64,000 nucleotides of DNA, taken from Felis catus (taxonomy: Eukaryota). Under the pieces are notes generated by a model. That model ran no database searches. It worked only from the letters and a program-made list of their open reading frames with translations, and was not told the origin of the DNA. The stretch is from assembly GCF_018350175.1 (NCBI RefSeq), contig NC_058368.1:190032001-190096000 (forward strand). Reading direction: 5' to 3'. Of the stretch, positions 12,452 through 25,651 are shown piece by piece. The first letter of the stretch is position 1; each line of letters opens with the position of its first letter. A program made the translations under genes and the position numbers.

Positions 12452-13899
12452 AAAACCTGACAACTCACTTTAATTCTCTAGTGTCAGTTTTCTCGCTTAT
12501 AAAATGGGAATAATCATGACATCATTCATGGATTTGCATTAGGTGATGAGTGCAAGCTCCTTGAGAGCAGGGACTCTCTGATCATGTTGCATCCCCAGCA
12601 CCTAAAACAGCTCCTGGCACATAGTAGGTTCAATATACCTGTGTTGAAGGGCTACCGAATGGCTGCCTATTCGTTCAGTCAATTATCCCAGCCACAGTGT
12701 GAGCCAGCCAGCATTATTGACTTAGCATAATGCTAGTAGACAGCAGAGCCAGAATTCAAATCCAGATGTGTCTCCCTCCTGAGCCCACACTCTCCACTTG
12801 TGCCTTGACACCCTATCCCGGAGGGCGCATGTCACCTATATGCCTTCTGCCTACTGTGCTGCCTTTGATGTTCCCAGTAACTTTTTCTCCTTGGATGGAG
12901 ACTGGGGAGGGAAAAGGGAAAGCAGGGTAACAGGGTGGTTACCTCTTAGAGCAGCTCTGGATGTAAGGACGTGGGATGTGTCCCCTTGGGTTAGGCTCCG
13001 AATGGACACGTTCCCAGGAAGCAGTTTGTGCCTGGTTCCTTCAAGGGTGCATTTGGGTAAGTCCTGTGGTTGTTCAGGAGTTAAACATGAATCGTTCGCT
13101 GCTGCCTGCCTGTCCTGCCTTGCCTGGTTCCTCTGTATAATTTCATTTATATCAAGCTCCTAACAATGAGAAATAGGCTGGAGAATGGAATGGAGGATAG
13201 TGTGTGAGGTCCCAGCCACCCGGCCTCCTGGGCCCGCCTCCCGTGCCCTCTGGCTAAGCTCTGCCAGTGCTTACATTTAGCAAATTAGATCAACTGAGGC
13301 TCCTGGAAAGATAAATGACCCATAGGTGCTCAGGGGAGAGTAGCTAGCAGGATTTGGGGGTGGTGATAGGGGAGGCCCCAGAAACTAGAGTCTCAGAACC
13401 CCCCTCCCCCACCATCTTCAAAGCTGGTGCTCACTATAAAGTGCTCGGGCTTGTGCCAGCTTCTCCTCCAAACCAGGCAGTCTGGGAGGATTGCAACCGT
13501 GCCACGGGGTGAGTTACCAAGGAACACAGTAGGGAGAAGGGGAGGGAAGTGGCCAGGAGTCTTACTGCTGCAAGGACCTTTGGTGTCCTTCTGAGCCTGT
13601 GTTTCTCAAAGTGTAATCTGCTCACTCCCTGAAGCAGAATCGCCTGGGGCTTTGTGAAAAGACAGGCTCCTGCCCCCAAGCCTGGGCTGCGGGCCAAACT
13701 TCCTGAGTGTAACTGCACAGGGAATTACCGGGGGACTTGTTTACAGTGCAGAAGCTCTGGCCTACAGAATCTGAGTCTCCTCCATCTGTATTTTTAATAC
13801 ACTCTGTAGAATATTCTAATAGATAGCTCTGAGAGCTCTGATCCTTGAGGTCTCTGACCCATAGGTTTGGAACTTGCTGATGGAGGCAGACGATGGAGG

Positions 13900-14460
13900 C
13901 AGACGGCATAGAGGTTAAGGGCATGGGGTCCAGAGTCTGCCAGACCTGGCTATCTAACTTCCCTGGGACTCAGTTTCCTCATCTATAAAATGGGACTCAT
14001 GATGGTACCTTATAACACTGATGAAATGAAAATGATGATTGTATGCACAATGCCTGGCATATGGTTAACTCTCAAAAAATGGCATCTAAAAATGAAAACT
14101 AGACTAAATGCCTCCTTTGTCTTCTTATCTGCCAGCAGACTGATATCTTACTTCAGACAGGCCAAGCACACCTCAGGGAGAGTTTCTGGTGCCTGTTACT
14201 TAACTGGGAATATCTTTCTGATCCACTCTACAGGGCTGTTGTGACAGAGGCAGTGTGAGATTATGGTTAAGGTTGTGGGAACCAGACTGCTTAGGTTCTT
14301 ACTCTCTGTGTGACTTTGGGTCGGTTTATTATCCTCACCTAGCCTTAGTTTCTTATTTGTACAACAGGGATAACATTTGTAAAGATCAGAAATGTTGGTG
14401 TGAATAATAAAATACTCAGCACAGTGCCTGGACTATAGCAAAGCCTCTATATAGCCACCA
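13900..14460 (+). mobile_element. Two MIR fragments
   Basis: MIR cores ctcagtttcctcatctataaaatggga (~13970) and tgtgactttggg...ccttagtttcttatttgtaca (~14310-14360). Confidence 0.65.
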
Positions 14461-15292
14461 TGATTATTATTATTCACCATGCACCAATCTTTGACTTGAT
14501 CTCTGTTCTATTTGGCCCAGAGGCTTGTTCAAATGATGCCTGGTCAACTACACTGGAACTTTCACTGGTTCCTGTGTGGAACTTTCCACTCACTGGGTAT
14601 TATCTTCATAGCCACAAACTGATGCACACAAAACCATCATCAGATTTGCGGTCAAGCCCTCTGTTTCCAATGTTTGGAGCCATTGGGAGAAACTGAGGTG
14701 ACGGGAGGGGCCTTGGTCAGTTGAGATGAGAAGAAAGCTTGGGAACAGGATGCCCGCAGTGGCTCTGCCCTCTGCCCTTTCCTGTCTGGACTCAAGAGCG
14801 GATGTGACCCTTGCTCTTCACCCCACTCCCACCCCCAGCTGTTCAGGGGGCACCTTGGGTGTCCTGCTGTGGGGCTGGTCCAGGATTGCTGCGTCAGCCT
14901 GGGTGAGGCCGACGGGAAGTCATCAGGCTCCCTGGCACCGGAGTGAGGTCAGCCAGGGATGGATTCCAGGAAGGCTGCTGCTGATCAGAGGCTGGCTCTA
15001 TCTCTCCCACAAGCATCACGGGCTCTTCCCAAAGGGCAAAACCTGGGCAGGGCTTTGATGGGGTGGAGGCGGAGGTGGAAGCCAGGACAGCCAGAGAGAG
15101 GTCCTGCCAGTTTGGAGTGGCAAAGACTGACTTGGAGATACTTTAGCTTTTGAACATTCTGGAGAGAGGAGGACCTGAGGTTTTGGAGCTCATGAAATGC
15201 TGCTGATGCCTCAGGACCTCTTGCTGAGCTCCTTCCTCCCCCAGAGTCCTGACGGAGTGCATTCTCTTGCTATAGTATTCATCTCACTGCAT

Positions 15293-15492
15293 CAAGGATG
15301 GCAAATACCTGCTATGTGGACCTCTACTCACCCTTCCATTGATTATTTGTGATAGTGATTGATAATAAGTCATGGCACTCTTTCTCCCCTTGTGGAGATA
15401 AAGCTCTCAGAAGCCTCATTGACGTAGCACTCCCAGGCAGCTGTGTCTAATCCATCAGTGTTAGGAGCGATGAAATCTTTTTGCGCTCTCTG
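15293..15492. mobile_element. MER117-like hAT element (a related copy lies at ~21185-21360)
   Basis: caaggatggcaaata terminus; catggcactctttc and ctctcagaa motifs have counterparts in the second copy. Confidence 0.45.
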
Positions 15493-16501
15493 TTATATAC
15501 TCTAGTGATTTATTCCCATGTTCAGAATCTAAGCTCCGTGGGGGCAAGCACTTTGTCTGTCTCGTTCACTTTTCCATCCTCATCAACTAGTCTGATGCCT
15601 GGCACATAGCAGGAGCTCAGGAAATACTTGTGGAATGAATGACTGCCCTCCAGTGAGCTGTGAATTACTCAAGGACAGGGATTATATCCAAATCACATCT
15701 AGTACAGATTAAGGATTCATTGAGTGAAAGAATATAATGAATGAACACATGTCCTTATTCTGAGTTCAATCATTGTTTCTCTAACCAAGAGAAAAGAGTA
15801 ATCACATGTCCTTGGTTGTGGACATCACTTCACTAAAGAGAGGCCTTGTTGTGGCTAGTAGGAATGCCATCGGTAATGCCTCTAGCTTTGGTTTCTGTAC
15901 ACAAAAATTTAATCCATTTAATCATCTGGAGTCCTGTTAAATTATTAAATTATTTGCATTTATACATGGGGAAACTGAGGCTTGGAGTGATTTTATTTTT
16001 TTAAGAGGTTTGTTGAAGTCCATCTGACAGCTTAATGTTGGTGCTGAGACCAGAACTTGGGCCTCCTCACCCCTAGACCAGTGTTTCCTTTCCGGTCACC
16101 ATACCATTTTTTTCTGAGTCTATAAAGTTTTGACTTTTGATTTGTCATATGCCATGTTTGAGTTTGGGAGGCTTTTGGGAATCCTGGTCTCACCATCACC
16201 ATCCTTTCTATTATTAACTGTCCCAGGTGAGCCTTTTTGGAATCTTTGAGCTTTTTCATAATAAGCTTTTAAAACCTGAAATTGTGTGCCACCTTTCATA
16301 TGCATGTGCATTTCTCTGGAGAGGAAGTCTAAGTTTGCATCAGATTCTCACCAGAAGGCATTATGCATGACCCATAATAAGGTTAAAAACCAACGATCAA
16401 AACCAACATGTCATTTCGCATATGGGGAAACTGAGGCCTGAGCAAGAGACTTTTCCAGGACCATAATCTTTGACCAGAGATTCTGTTTCTCCCATTGACA
16501 G

Positions 16502-16694
16502 AGGACTGATTATGGTGAGAAGTAACCTCAGCTACATCATCGAGCCCCTTCCTGGCAGTGAGGGCCACCACCTCATTTACAGATCTGAACATCTCAAGCT
16601 GCCCCTGGGGAACTGTGGGTTTGAACACTACAAGTCCACCACCAGGGACTGGGTCCTTGAGTTTACGAACCAGACCAAGAAAAGACCTCGCAGG
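16502..16694 (+). CDS. ADAM19: ADAM19 exon 6 (prodomain end)
   Basis: gacAG|a..agg|GTgagt; 193 nt; GLIMVRSNLSYIIEPLP...GNCGFEH...KKRPRR. Confidence 0.96.
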
Positions 16695-17298
16695 GTGAGT
16701 CTCAGTGCAAGAGTCAACCTGGGGGTAGGCTTGTCCCCTCTGAGGATCCTTACTTTGGATCCAGGGGTATTTCTAAATTAAAAGAGATGGCCAAGAAGGA
16801 GGAAATTACCTTTTTTTTATAGTCTAAGTTATTATCTTGTTCACTGCTGTGAGATACTCTTGTATGGGATGGGATAAATTGGATGGGAAAAACACTATGA
16901 CATTTAAAATACCCTGAGATGCCGACTTCAGAAACTTTAAAATGTGAGAAAAGAATTTATGCCTCCCTTTTTGGAATAGCCACTTAACCATATGCACAAA
17001 ATGCTTGTATTTATGTATACTGAAAATAGAGCTATGTGGTTTAAATGCTTTTTGGGAACTTGAGTTTCAGCATGTTCCCTCACAGTATGTTGGCCTATGC
17101 ACTAGCAAGCCCAGCTCATTACTTTTTGAATATAAAGGACTGGACTGATAGTCTCAGAGCAGCCCCAATGATAACCAAGATGGCAGGCAGAAGGTGTAGT
17201 GAGAGTAATGGCGACTGCAGCCAGAATGGCTCTAGTGCCGGGTGTAAAGTTAGTAACCAGCACTGCTTATCAACTAGCACTATTTCTTAGTAGTTTTT

Positions 17299-17382
17299 TT
17301 TTTTTTCAATATATGAAATTTATTGTCAAATTGGTTTCCATACAACACCCAGTGCTCATCCCAAAAGGTGCCCTCCTCAATA
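17299..17382 (-). mobile_element. Extremely 5'-truncated felid-type L1 (3' end only)
   Basis: poly-T then tttattgtcaaattggtttccatacaacacccagtgctcatccc; 14 bp TSD tcttagtagttttt at 17285-17298 and 17383-17396. Confidence 0.85.
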
Positions 17383-17455
17383 TCTTAGTAGTTTTTCAAA
17401 ATGAGGAAACGTTCATCATTTCTACAGCTCTGATCTGCATTTATCTCTTTCTTAG

Positions 17456-17521
17456 ATGAAAAGGGAAGATTTACACTCCATGAAGTACGTGGAACTTTAC
17501 CTTGTGGCTGATTATGCAGAG
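17456..17521 (+). CDS. ADAM19: ADAM19 exon 7 (completes furin site RPRR-MKR; protease domain start)
   Basis: cttAG|atg..gag|GTaaga; 66 nt; MKREDLHSMKYVELYLVADYAE. Confidence 0.96.
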
Positions 17522-17994
17522 GTAAGAGGGAGACAGGGTTTTTGGTTTTGGTTTTGTTTTTTTACAGAAAAGCACTCTTTTGATAGCTTCCATTCCAGGC
17601 TTCAAACCACTTTGGGGGAAATGCTGAAACGTTGATCTTTCCCCAGTTTGTCATGTGATTTTGGCCTTAAATCTGACCAAGGGCTGTTTTTGCTATTTTG
17701 AACAGTTGGGGGGCTGGGGGGAAAAAGGAAAAATCTCTTCTGGCTCCATACATTAATCAGATAGAAAATCAGGCAACTAGTGTTATTTAGATGAACATTT
17801 TTTAAACTGAGTCTGAATATCTTTAGGTTTTGGTGCTTAATCTTAGGGAGTCCATAAATTCTCTATAGAAATTAAAAAAAATTTTTTTTTTTTTTGCAAA
17901 GACAAAAAGTGTATTTGCAATCATCTGATTGAATATAATTTTCCAGCCCATGTGTGGGTCCATTTTTGTAATCGTGTTCGTGCCAAATGAGAAC

Positions 17995-18160
17995 CATGGT
18001 TCCCAAAGCATCAGCGGCACCTGGGAACTTGTGAGGTGCTAATTCTTGGGCCCCACCCCAGACCTGCTGAGTCCTAATCTATGGGACCGGGGTCCAGGAA
18101 TCCAATGTTTTAACAAGCCCTCTGGGTGACTCTGTACACAGGCAAGTTTGAGAACTGCTG
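17995..18160. mobile_element. MER5A-like hAT element (other MER5 pieces near 8610-8725 and 13600-13830)
   Basis: gcatcagcggcacctgggaacttgt...gggccccaccccagacctgctgagtc...aacaagccctc...aagtttgagaactgctg. Confidence 0.75.
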
Positions 18161-20288
18161 ACCTAAGGAAAAGCTGTCTGCCTAATTCTATATTTCTCAA
18201 ATCACGCCAGGTTTTCATGGGCCTTGGCTTCTAAGATTTGGTGAACACTTGTCTCTCTCACTCTTTCATTTCATTTGTTCATCAGCGATATCATGATTTT
18301 CTCTTATATGTCAAGCACAGTGCTTGGCCCCAGGAGATTAAGACAGACCTGCCCCTGACATCAGAGTTTATGGTAGGAGCACAAGAACTCTATAGTTTCA
18401 AGTGTGGTAACTGCCAGGATCGGTCTTTATAGAGGATCAGAGCCAAGATAATGAGAAGTGCCCCATGGTTTGGGAATTGGGGTAAGCTCCCACGTGGTGA
18501 TGTTGAAGCTGACACCTGAAGAATGGGTTCAGGTTTTAGAACCCATATTTGCCTAAATTCGTCATATTTCACCCCCAGTTCTCAGTTCATGTAGTGACTC
18601 ACCCACAGCTAAGCCATCTGGGTATGGAAAGGCACGGCGAGCTGAGTACTCCCCATGTTCTAACACTGCCGCCTTGCCCGGGGATCCCCCAGAGCTCTGT
18701 CTGTCTCATTCCCCATCCAGATGGTGCAGTTACCAGCTCCCCGGAAAGAACTCATCCCAAGGTGGCTTTACCTAGTCCATAATCCCAGAGCACAGATTGT
18801 GGAGCCGTGCAGGTTATGGGAAGAACACTAGGCTTCAGGCCTGAAGAGCCGCCTTCAAGAGCATTAGTGGCAGGAGCAGGTGGCCTTGCCCTGCCTTAAA
18901 GGACAAGGAGTTGTTAACGGGGCAGACAAGTGGAGGTGAAGGGCATTCCAGGCCAAGGGGACATCATGTTCTGCTTTGAGAAGAATTTAGCTTTGTAACT
19001 GATGTCAGTATTGGTTTCTCCAGCAGCCTTTCCTTTTTTTTTTTTTTTCTTTTTTCTTTTCTTTTTGTTTTCCTTTCCAAAGACTGGTGTATGTGTAGGG
19101 TAGGAGAGCAGTGTGGGGAGAAAAATCTAAAGCTGGTTTAAAAACTGAGGCTCCGCCGTCATGGGGAGAGGTAACAGATGCTGGCCCCTGCCCAGCAGGA
19201 CTGCCTTATAGTGAGAGGGCCGCTGGAAAAGAGCTGAGTTCCTGACTCCAGGACATGTTTCCATTTAAGCTTTTATTAGATGATCTGAGATCATCTAATA
19301 CAGTGGTCTTGAAAGTTTTTTTTTTTTTAGCCACAGAATCTTTTGTTCAGATGAAAGCTCCTGGTACCCTGCTGCTCGAATGTAAAGGTGGGGTGATCCT
19401 CCCCTCTGGCCCTGCACTCGCCACAGTGGAATCTTGCTTCAGGGTTCTAAAACCTACTAGGTGCAAAACTCTGGAAGCTGAAGAAGTGGGGGTGGGGTAG
19501 GTATTGGGTGGGCACCTTTAGTCTCCTGACCTTCAGGGTCACAGCAAACCCCCAAGAGGAAAAGTGGCTCCCAAGGTGCATCTAGGACTGGGGTGTGGTC
19601 TAGAGCCATCTTCCTGTTCCAGAGTAGAGAGCCTCCAGCACCAGTCTCATAGGCATTGATGATAGGCGGTGATTCGTGCAGCCTGTGGATCGGGAATATG
19701 CTCATTTCTCAGCGTCCTAGGCTTTGAATGATTCACTGGAGTGGGACGTAATCAGCCAGGCTGGGTTCACAGGCTCACAAACCCCCCGCCTCCCCACACC
19801 ACTCCTTCCTGACTCCCTTTTCAAGTGATCTCTCACCCTCTGCAGGCAGAAATGTATCCCTGACAATTAATTAATCTGAGAGGTTGGGAAGACAAGGCAG
19901 GGCAGGGCTGCCTTATCTGTGATTTACAACCTGATGCTGAGACAGGCCAGGCTCCTTCTCTGGGCTCTGAACTCAGTGCAGGGAGCAGAGCCGCAGAGAG
20001 AGAGTTGTTGCAGTAAAAATGACCAGGCAGCTGCTCACTCCCTGGGCCTAGGTGGGAGGGCCTGGGGTGGTTCTCTGTTTATTCAGTCCTCAAGTGAAAT
20101 GGGAAATCTAGGCGGGGAAAGTGCAAGATAGGATGTTGCAAGATGATGCAGGATAGTTGTAAAAACAGGCATGCAAAGTGCTTTCATATTCTGGTCAGAA
20201 TGTGGGGTAGTTGGGAAAGGCCAGGTGATGACCCTGTTTTACTTCCTGTGTCACCCTAGAAAGTATTGCGATATTTCTTTCTTTAGAT

Positions 20289-20503
20289 CAGGGGTCCGCA
20301 AATTATAGCCTATTGCCAAAACCAGCCCACCACATATTTTTGTAAATAGAGTTCTACTGGAGCAAATGCTCCCTGCTGTGTGTATTGTCCATGGCTGCTT
20401 TTGAACTGCAGTGGCACAGTGGAGTAGTTGAGATGACACAATGTGTCTTGCAAAGCCTCAAATATTTACAATCTGGCCATTTGCAAAAAGTTTGCTACTC
20501 CTG
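20289..20503 (+). mobile_element. MER58A (hAT-Charlie)
   Basis: caggggtccgcaaa...tttgctactcctg inverted termini; degenerate 8 bp TSD ctttagat/cttgagac. Confidence 0.8.
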
Positions 20504-22040
20504 CTTGAGACTCTTAGACAACATGGTACATTACTTAAACTACCGTGGTAACATCAGGCAGCTGTTTGAAGATAGGATTAATATATTTGAATATTAATAT
20601 ATGTGAAAAACAATGGAATCTGATGTTCTAATAAATATTCGGTAAATGCTACAACACTTTCTCTGCAGGAAGACCAATTTAGAAATGGGAAGACTCCATA
20701 AAGAGAAACTTCAGGATTCACAAGTCATAGGTCCAAGTCATGGGGCTTTGCATTAAATTTATCTCTGTAGAAGGCAACGGTGAGGTGAGATGATTGACTG
20801 TTCTGATGAGTAACAGTCCTAAGGAAGCCCAGGAAAGTCCAAAAGCAGTGGGAGAATAAGAAATGGTGGGTTTCTCCCCTGTATCATGGCTGGGACACAC
20901 GCCCGTGCCAACAAATACCCCAGAGTGTTTTATTTGTCTGTTCTTTGTGTTTTTTGCTTGGATATTTTTGCAGGATGGGGTGGAGGAAGGATGTGAAGGG
21001 TTGGAATTGAAGTAACGTATATAAGTGTGTATATAAGATAAATCACATAGGTTTTTATACAACAATAGCAGTGTACAGGACATGCCCATAATTTGCAAAT
21101 TTAGGTTGCAATTGTCGCAAATTTTATCTTTACATTGTGAAGCTTTCCTTCATCATTGCAGCTGAAAGAGATCTATCCCATTCAGGCAGGAATGATAAAT
21201 GTGAGGCTACACACTGAAATGTCTCCCTCCTGGTACCCATGGCAGACATTTATAATCGAGCACAGCACTCTTTCCTACTGAACCCCATGCAGTCTCAGAA
21301 TTTTTGTAGAAAGGCACTGCCATCAGTCTGAGTGGCATGCCAGATGAAGCCTGTTTTCCAAGGGCTTATAGTCCTGGTTGCCAGCACCCATGTGTGTCGT
21401 TCACGTGGCCTCATGCGGTATTTATGTGCCCATTTTAATTGTGTACTCCTTAAATACAGAATCTGCCATTGTTGTTATTTCTGGCTCTCTTTCTGTTTTA
21501 ATTTAAGGTCCTCTAGACCAGTACCAGGATCTCACACACTGTGTCCTACCTCGTCCCAAACACAATGCCTTGTCATCAAAGACATTCAGCAGCTATTTGA
21601 TCAGTGTTGATTGATCACATGTAGGGAGTCCTCATGAGATCCCTGTGATGATGGCTTCATGTTGGGGTGATGACCAAAGCAAGGATCAGATTGGTCCCAC
21701 TTCTAAGCCCCAGTGAGAGTTTGCAGGAGACCTGTTAATTTGGAGGACAGAAGAACAGATTTGATTTCAAGGGCTGGAGGAAGATAATTCAGTTCACTAC
21801 ACAACTATTACATGCCTACTGTGTGCCTGGCACTGAACTGATAGTTGGGGATACCAAGATGAATGTGACCCAGGTTCTACCATCCCTGAGCTGAAACTGT
21901 ATGTAGGGGCAGGGAGGAGGAAGTTATATAAAAATAACTGCTCATAGAAGACTGGAGAAAATAAAAGCTAATTGAAAGACAAGAAATGGGGCACAGGAAG
22001 GGGTCCTGGGGTCTCACCTAGCTCTGCTTATTCCATTTAG

Positions 22041-22112
22041 TTTCAGAAGAATCGCCGAGACCAGGATGCCACCAAACACAAGCTCATGGAGATCGCCAAT
22101 TACGTTGATAAG
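22041..22112 (+). CDS. ADAM19: ADAM19 exon 8
   Basis: tttAG|ttt..aag|GTgaga; 72 nt; FQKNRRDQDATKHKLMEIANYVDK. Confidence 0.95.
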
Positions 22113-22560
22113 GTGAGACCAGGTGTGTACTTTGTGGGAAAGGTGCCAGCACCTTAGAGGTGCTGCAGGGTAGGAGATCACACGGCCCCTGAGCTGCCTC
22201 GTGGATTGGTCACCCAGCCAGTTTCTGAGAGGCAATAGCAATGGTATAGAGGCTCAGGGTGGTCATGACAAAGCCCTCAACTACGTGACCTTAGCCAGGT
22301 AACTTACCTTCTTTGGTTTGCAGTTTTGTTTTGTTCTGTTTTTAATTTACAAAGTAGAGGGCATGGCTTAAACCAATGGCCTGCAATTATTTTTGTTTTT
22401 CTGCTGGAATCCTTCTTTTAAATGAAATCTTAGGACGATGTCTAATATAAAAATCAGACGAAAACAGACTGCTCTAAACCAAAGCAAGGGTGAGGATCTG
22501 AAGTGATGTCCTCTTGCTTCTTCCCCTCACCCCTGCAATGGTTGCTGGGTAACCTAGTTT

Positions 22561-22619
22561 AAGAATGCTTTAAGGTTCAAAAAAAAAAAAAAAAAAAAAA
22601 AAAGACTGCTTTAAGGTTC
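22561..22619 (+). mobile_element. Poly(A)-only retro-insertion with TSD
   Basis: aagaatgctttaaggttc + A25 run + aagactgctttaaggttc (18 bp, 1 mismatch). Confidence 0.75.
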
Positions 22620-24709
22620 TCTGAGGTTCCTTCCAGGTATAAAGCCCAGAAATTTTCTGACTTAGGGGAGAATTGAGGTAGGTCAGCATGGGAAAAGTAC
22701 AGGGCCTTAAAAGTTGAGTGGGTTGTTTTGGGCAATCTGTATAGTCTCCATCTGTAAAATGATTCTAAAATTATTTGTCTCTTAGAAAGTCTTTGTGAAT
22801 GGTTAACTTTCCTTGATCAGGCCCTTTTAAACATGTCCTTAGGAAATACCCAAATTCTTGAATTTTCCTAGAGCAGGCTGGTCGGGGACTTGGAAATACT
22901 TTATGTGAAACTACAAACTGCAGTGGAAAAGGTAAACCTCTTGATAGGCTAGTAGTAAATAATTTTTAAAAGTAGATTTTAATATGTTTGGGGTCACAGG
23001 TCTCTCGAGAATCTGAAAACATTTATTGTATGGTTTCAGGGCACTCATAGCACTTCTGAAGCTTAATTCTGGGCCTGTTAGGGATTCATGGATCCCAAGT
23101 CTACAGGGGAAATTATTATTATTTTTTTGGCCACTAATAGATAAAGAAGATAACTTAAATTTTTTTTATGGATTTTCAAGCAAATTTGCTAGTGTTCTGA
23201 AGTCATCAGGTGAGAGGGTCTGGGGTCTGTGTTTTTGTTTTGGCCTAGATGGCTCCAAAAACACTGGTCAGTGACAGGTGAAAGTCAAACATCAGCATTT
23301 CCTGGAAGGAAGGACTCCAGGGACACAGTTCAGTCCTCTTTCTAGCTCTTAATTCACTCAACAATAACATTCAAATGATTCTACATCCCAAACACTCAAC
23401 ATCTGGGAAAACAAGAAAAGCTTGTTTCCTGGGGGGGATACCAAGGAGGCAGATCCTGCCATCACTCACGTGACATCTATTGTTCTGGAGACTCAGCAGG
23501 TGGGAGGCCTGGCTGGGTCTCCCCTTCGTGGACTCTCCAGCTGGTCTGGGTGGTAGAACCAGGAGTGCAGATGAAAAGTGGAAAAGAGGGGACACCAAGC
23601 CCCAGCCCTTACTCAAAGCCCCTAGCCTTGCTAGCTGGTCCCTTCTGTCGAGCACTCTTGGTTTTCTCCTCAGCAGCTGACTTTAGTCACTCCAACTGGG
23701 GTGAGGGAAGGCAAACCCACTTCTCTGAGGCTTGCTGACCCAGCTACTTGAACTGAACTGTTGTTGAACTAAAACTGGAATGAATCACACTAATTTGCTG
23801 AATCATGAACCCAGTCCAAAATGTTTTTTCCTTAACTGTGAAAAAGCCAAGTTTAAGTCCTTAAAAGCTCCCTCACAAAGCAAGTTCAAATTGGAATCCA
23901 AACCCTTTGTTTTCTGTAATGATCGACCTGGCACAAAACTGGAAAATCAAAATTTCCTTTGAAATCTACTGATATTTCACTGAATCTGGAGCCCATCTTA
24001 CAGCACAACTTCCAGCCGGGAGCAAGATGATTCTCTGGATGTGTTAATATGCCAGCACTTAACCAGTGAGGGTCTTGAGTGACTCTGAGACCTGATCTGA
24101 TAACCTGGGCCTTAATCCTGCCTCCACAGTCCTCCCTCTGAGACTTTGGGCAAGTTACTGACTTTTTCTAAGCTTCTGTGCTTGGTACATAGAATGTGCT
24201 TGATAAACATTGGTGTTAGGATTGTTTTTAGTTGCTGCAGCCCCCGCGGGTTTTGGATTAAGATAGTATCTTCTGTTCATGTGATCCGGGTTTACATGCG
24301 TTGTTGTTTTTTTTTTCAAAGTTACTGCCTCAAGTGATCTCTAGGGTAGGCCAAAGAATCCCTTGAACATACGCCTTCCAGTAGTGCTTAGCTTTAAAGA
24401 AAACCCTCTTCCTGTTTACGTACGTGAGATGAAAGACACTGTGTCACAAAGGTAAGGTGTAGCTCTAATCTGAAGGATCCTGAGAGTCAGGTGTCATTTA
24501 TAGACTCTTAGGCTCTCTGGGTTGGTCAGAACTCTGAAGGTTATCTGGACCTTTGTGGACCAATGCTGGCAACATGTTTGTGGTATTGTTGACAAAGCCT
24601 GAACACCTCCAGTGATGGGAAAGGAAACTTTTGAGAATAAGCGTTCTCTCTCTACTTGTATATCATTTACACCCATTCACTTCCAAAAGGAGTGGGAGAC
24701 ATCACACAA

Positions 24710-25110
24710 TAATCCATATACAATTTGGCATATCCATACAGCGAAATACTATTTAGTAATTTAAAAGAATGATAAACTGATACAGGCCGTGAGATGGATG
24801 AATCTCAAAAACATGCTAAGCGAAAGAAGCCGCAGACACAAAAGACCACATATTCTGTAATTCTATTTATAGGAAATGTCTAGAAAAGGTAGATCTACAG
24901 AGACAAAAAATAGATTTGTGATTGTTTGGTTCTGAGGGTGAAAATGGGAAATTACTATAAATAGACATGAGGGGCCTTATTGGTATGATGAAAATACTCT
25001 CAAATTGGATTATGGTGATCACTTTACTTCTTGGTAAATAAACTAAAAATATTGAGCTGTATACCCCCAAATGGGTGGATTTGATGGTATTTAAATTATA
25101 CCTCAGCATA
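24710..25110 (+). mobile_element. Old L1 (L1MB-like) 3'UTR fragment
   Basis: catatccatacagcgaaatactattt...ggatgaatctcaaaaacatgctaagcgaaagaagcc...ggtatttaaattatacctca. Confidence 0.8.
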
Positions 25111-25651
25111 CAAGAGGAATTTGGTATGAGAGAACTTTCTAGACACGTATAAAACAGGTAAGTACCATGTAAGGAATTGGGGGAGATGACTCCCAGGCAG
25201 CTGGACCATAGGTGCTTATTTACAGACAATGGCAGAGCTTAGCTCTGAGCTTACTCATGACTAACTTCATTTAAAAGCTTTTTTCCTATTTTAAAATGAA
25301 AGGGGTCTTATGTGTTTTACCTACTGGATGAGCCCCACTGTAGGATTGAGTGAAACAGCGCTGATCCTATCTGTGCGTGAAAGCCCTGTACATGTTTGAA
25401 AGCAAGTCTGTGTCCTGTCCTGTCTCTAAGCTAAGTCACCCCAGCTCTGCCACCAGAATGTTGCACATTGTGCTCAGAATCTCACTGATCCCTCCTGAAA
25501 AAATGTGAATAGCCACACCTGTTGCCTCCCTGTCCTTAGAGGAATGTGCAGAAGAGGAATCTGGTATCTGAGTGCTTAGGCTAGGAAGGGGCTTATAAAT
25601 CTCAGGTGGTGCTGACGGAGGAGGCTGTGGCTTTTCTGTGTGTGCTTTCAG

